NCBI GenBank assembly: GCA_002269645.1
Contig: NIVC01000237.1
Span: 248,001 to 312,000 of the forward strand
DNA: 64,000 nt
Source: Macrostomum lignano
Lineage: Eukaryota
Reading direction: 5' to 3'
Under the pieces are notes generated by a model, which was not told the DNA's origin, made no database searches, and saw nothing but the letters and a program-made list of their open reading frames with translations. Of this stretch, positions 61,237 through 64,000 are shown piece by piece. How positions within the stretch are numbered: position 1 is the first letter of the stretch; each line of letters opens with the position of its first letter. Both the position numbers and the translations under genes were made by a program.

Positions 61237-61632
61237 GTAAATAGAAAGTACTTAAAAAGCCAAGCTAATAGGCCTAGCCTGTGGCATTTATACAACTTTT
61301 TCTAATTCCAATGACAATAAAAACCTGTTTTAAGCCTATTTATTAATAATTTTTTACCATTGGCACTATCTTCTATTTGTGGTATTATCTTTACAACTTC
61401 ATAGCTCTAGGCCTAATTCAAAATGTGATATACTTCTAGCTCTATACATTTATTTATTTAATCTAAAATATTGGCAATCCTACACTTCCGTTTGGTAAAT
61501 TATTTTGATACTGAATTTTGAACAGGCATGTTAAATAACAATGTAACCAAACAAAACTGAAATAGTGGAACATGGTAGCAGTCTGTTAGAGCGCATAGTC
61601 ACTTAGAGTATGTCTGCAGGTCATTAAGGTGT

Positions 61633-61875
61633 CTATAATGGATAATAATGTCCGATCCAGTACAGGATAGCCCCAAATGGACATTGGGGATACAGACGAC
61701 GCCAGAGGAATTCCTCAATGTGTGCGTCGAAGAGAGCATCACTCGTGCCATGCATGTTGCAGATCTTGCGCTTCGCGTGGGCCCATGTGCCCTCTATGGT
61801 GTTGGTGTGGACTATTGGGTCCGCTGGATCTATGAAGTGCAGCCGATGGGAAATGAGAAATTGAAGCTCAAAAAA
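61633..61875 (-). pseudogene. Merlin (IS1595/ISXO2-like) transposase C-terminal fragment
   Basis: HFIDP...HTNTIEGTWAHAK...G.....HIEEFLWRR matches the Merlin C-terminal motif; the N-terminal part is missing. Confidence 0.8.
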
Positions 61876-62640
61876 CAAGCAGCTCACAAGCAACAGCTCC
61901 CTTAAACTGACACCCCCTTAAACTCTGTTCGCTCAAACTTTTGGCCATAGACACATTGCCAATCAACGTCATTTGACATTTGACTCGGTGGTACGAATTC
62001 AAATGTTAAAATAATTTACTGAATGGAAGTGTAGGATTAGCAAAACTAAATGTAGTCCAGAAGTAGTCTAGAAGAAGATTAGGGGGCCTAGGAACTAGGC
62101 CTAAGCTATGGCCAATGTGACTAGGCCCTACCTAAGTTAGGCCCTAATGGCTAGGTAGGTGTAGGTCTACAATTTGGCCTTATATAAAAATAACCCTGTT
62201 CTGCTAGGCCTAGGGGCCTAATCTAATTTTTTAAATATAAAGTAAAAATCTTAATTTAAATTATGCAACAGTATGCCCCTAGATGGCTAGAGTAAGCAAA
62301 GGCCTAAGGTCTAAGTCTAGTCCAGAAACATTATCAAAGCGACCAGAGCCATTACAAAAACGTTTAGTTTACACGTGCCAGAATAAAGGGTTAATCGATT
62401 GAAAATTCTATACTATAGCCTAGGTAGGCCTAATCAATGGTAAGGATCTGAAACAATAGGCCCTATTCAGAATTCAGTGAATAAAAACAGAAATGTATCA
62501 AAATAACATAATGGCCTCTGGCCTGGGTCAAACTCTATAGCAGACTGTGCCGTCAGCCCGTCACTGTGAGTGGGTCGGGGACTCTAATCTAGCTAATTCC
62601 TAGCCCAAATAAAAAATAACCATGTTCAAATTGCAAAATT

Positions 62641-63854
62641 GCAAATTCTAGTTAAATTCCTAAACACCGTGAGTCCCGTGACTTATTAACATGATTGATT
62701 GATCATCTTCTTAATATAATAGTTCCAGTGCTTCGACTTCGACAAATCGTGAATAAGCTTAAAATTTTTTAATCCAAATTTCTTATATCAGGATTCCGAA
62801 AACCGTACAAACGCTATAACAACTTAAAAGTATTACATAGTAGCAGTAGTAGTAGTAATAAGTAAAGTAGTGATAAGTATTACATAAAGTGATAAAAACA
62901 CAAACTAAATAGCAAACAAAATAGTCTTGTTTTAGTGTTTGCAAACGGTTATGATCAGTATTAATGCATACAACTTGATATGATTACGCGCATATCTAAT
63001 TTACAATCAAGTGCCCAGCTCAATACCAATCGCTTCTAATCACAACGTTCATAAAGTTAAATTGTTTTGATGATCATGAGCGCCAGAGATGGGGAGCGCC
63101 GAGCCGTACCGCGTCTGGTCGTCCAACAAATTCGATGCCTGGGAGGGGGTTTCGATTCCGCGCAGCCACGCAAACACTACGCGTGCACGCGCATTCACGA
63201 AAGTCGCCAATCGTCCAGAGGCTAAATGACATGAGGGACAAGCCATGCAAGCAAATTCTAGTTAAATTCCTAAACACCGTGAGTCCCGTGACTTATTAAC
63301 ATGATTGATTGATCATCTTCTTAATATAATAGTTCCAGTGCTTCGACTTCGACAAATCGTGAATAAGCTTAAAATTTTTTAATCCAAATTTCTTATATCA
63401 GGATTCCGAAAACCGTACAAACGCTATAACAACTTAAAAGTATTACATAGTAGCAGTAGTAGTAGTAATAAGTAAAGTAGTGATAAGTATTACATAAAGT
63501 GATAAAAACACAAACTAAATAGCAAACAAAATAGTCTTGTTTTAGTGTTTGCAAACGGTTATGATCAGTATTAATGCATACAACTTGATATGATTACGCG
63601 CATATCTAATTTACAATCAAGTGCCCAGCTCAATACCAATCGCTTCTAATCACAACGTTCATAAAGTTAAATTGTTTTGATGATCATGAGCGCCAGAGAT
63701 GGGGAGCGCCGAGCCGTACCGCGTCTGGTCGTCCAACAAATTCGATGCCTGGGAGGGGGTTTCGATTCCGCGCAGCCACGCAAACACTACGCGTGCACGC
63801 GCATTCACGAAAGTCGCCAATCGTCCAGAGGCTAAATGACATGAGGGACAAGCC
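62641..63854. repeat. Tandem direct duplication of ~604 bp (62641-63244 and 63251-63854)
   Basis: Period 610 with a 6-bp spacer ATGCAA; no mismatches noticed by eye. Confidence 0.9.
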
Positions 63855-64000
63855 TATATACCTGGAGCAGAGTGTCTGAGATATGCGATTCCTGCAGATG
63901 ATAACAACTTTATTGCCGCTGACCAATGTACACTGGCCTGGCTGTGCTCTGGTGTACATTTGTGTAATTTCAATCTTCATGCATCATGATGTAGTGCATG

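Noticed and set aside
63120-63170. GGTTTCGATTCC in the duplicated segment as a Pol III gene
   Set aside because: Extra base in the B box and no A box or tRNA fold.

Overview
Eukaryotic (metazoan) genomic DNA, read by eye. GC-rich exons with poly-Ala/Gln tracts, minisatellite-filled introns and AT-rich CpG-poor blocks suggest a free-living flatworm such as Macrostomum; this is an inference, not shown. Genes: the last exon of a tyrosine-motif-rich adaptor-like gene (+, 263-766); a co-directional minus-strand trio EIF2B1 (2 exons), an SLC43/LAT3-like MFS transporter (4 exons) and NIF3L1 (3 exons); a complete 12-exon AMPA-type glutamate receptor subunit (+, 23998-35719); and FBXO38 (-, 7 exons, 39424-48301). 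Almost every intron carries its own minisatellite. Mobile DNA: a P-like long-TIR MITE, a 5'-truncated RT+RNase H LINE, a tRNA-derived SINE, two probable solo LTRs, a decayed Gypsy element with a Phantom/MULE transposon nested in its 3' LTR, a hAT MITE, a foldback and a Merlin remnant. Best lead: three minus-strand genes begin with a phase-0 splice acceptor and no usable ATG. This fits the AUG at the 3' end of the flatworm spliced leader supplying the start codon; for NIF3L1 it would add a 41-aa mitochondrial-presequence-like extension. Second lead: the SINE and the LINE share a 3' stem-loop at nearly the same distance from their ends. Exon boundaries were derived by hand from GT/AG sites and phase consistency; repeat boundaries are approximate.
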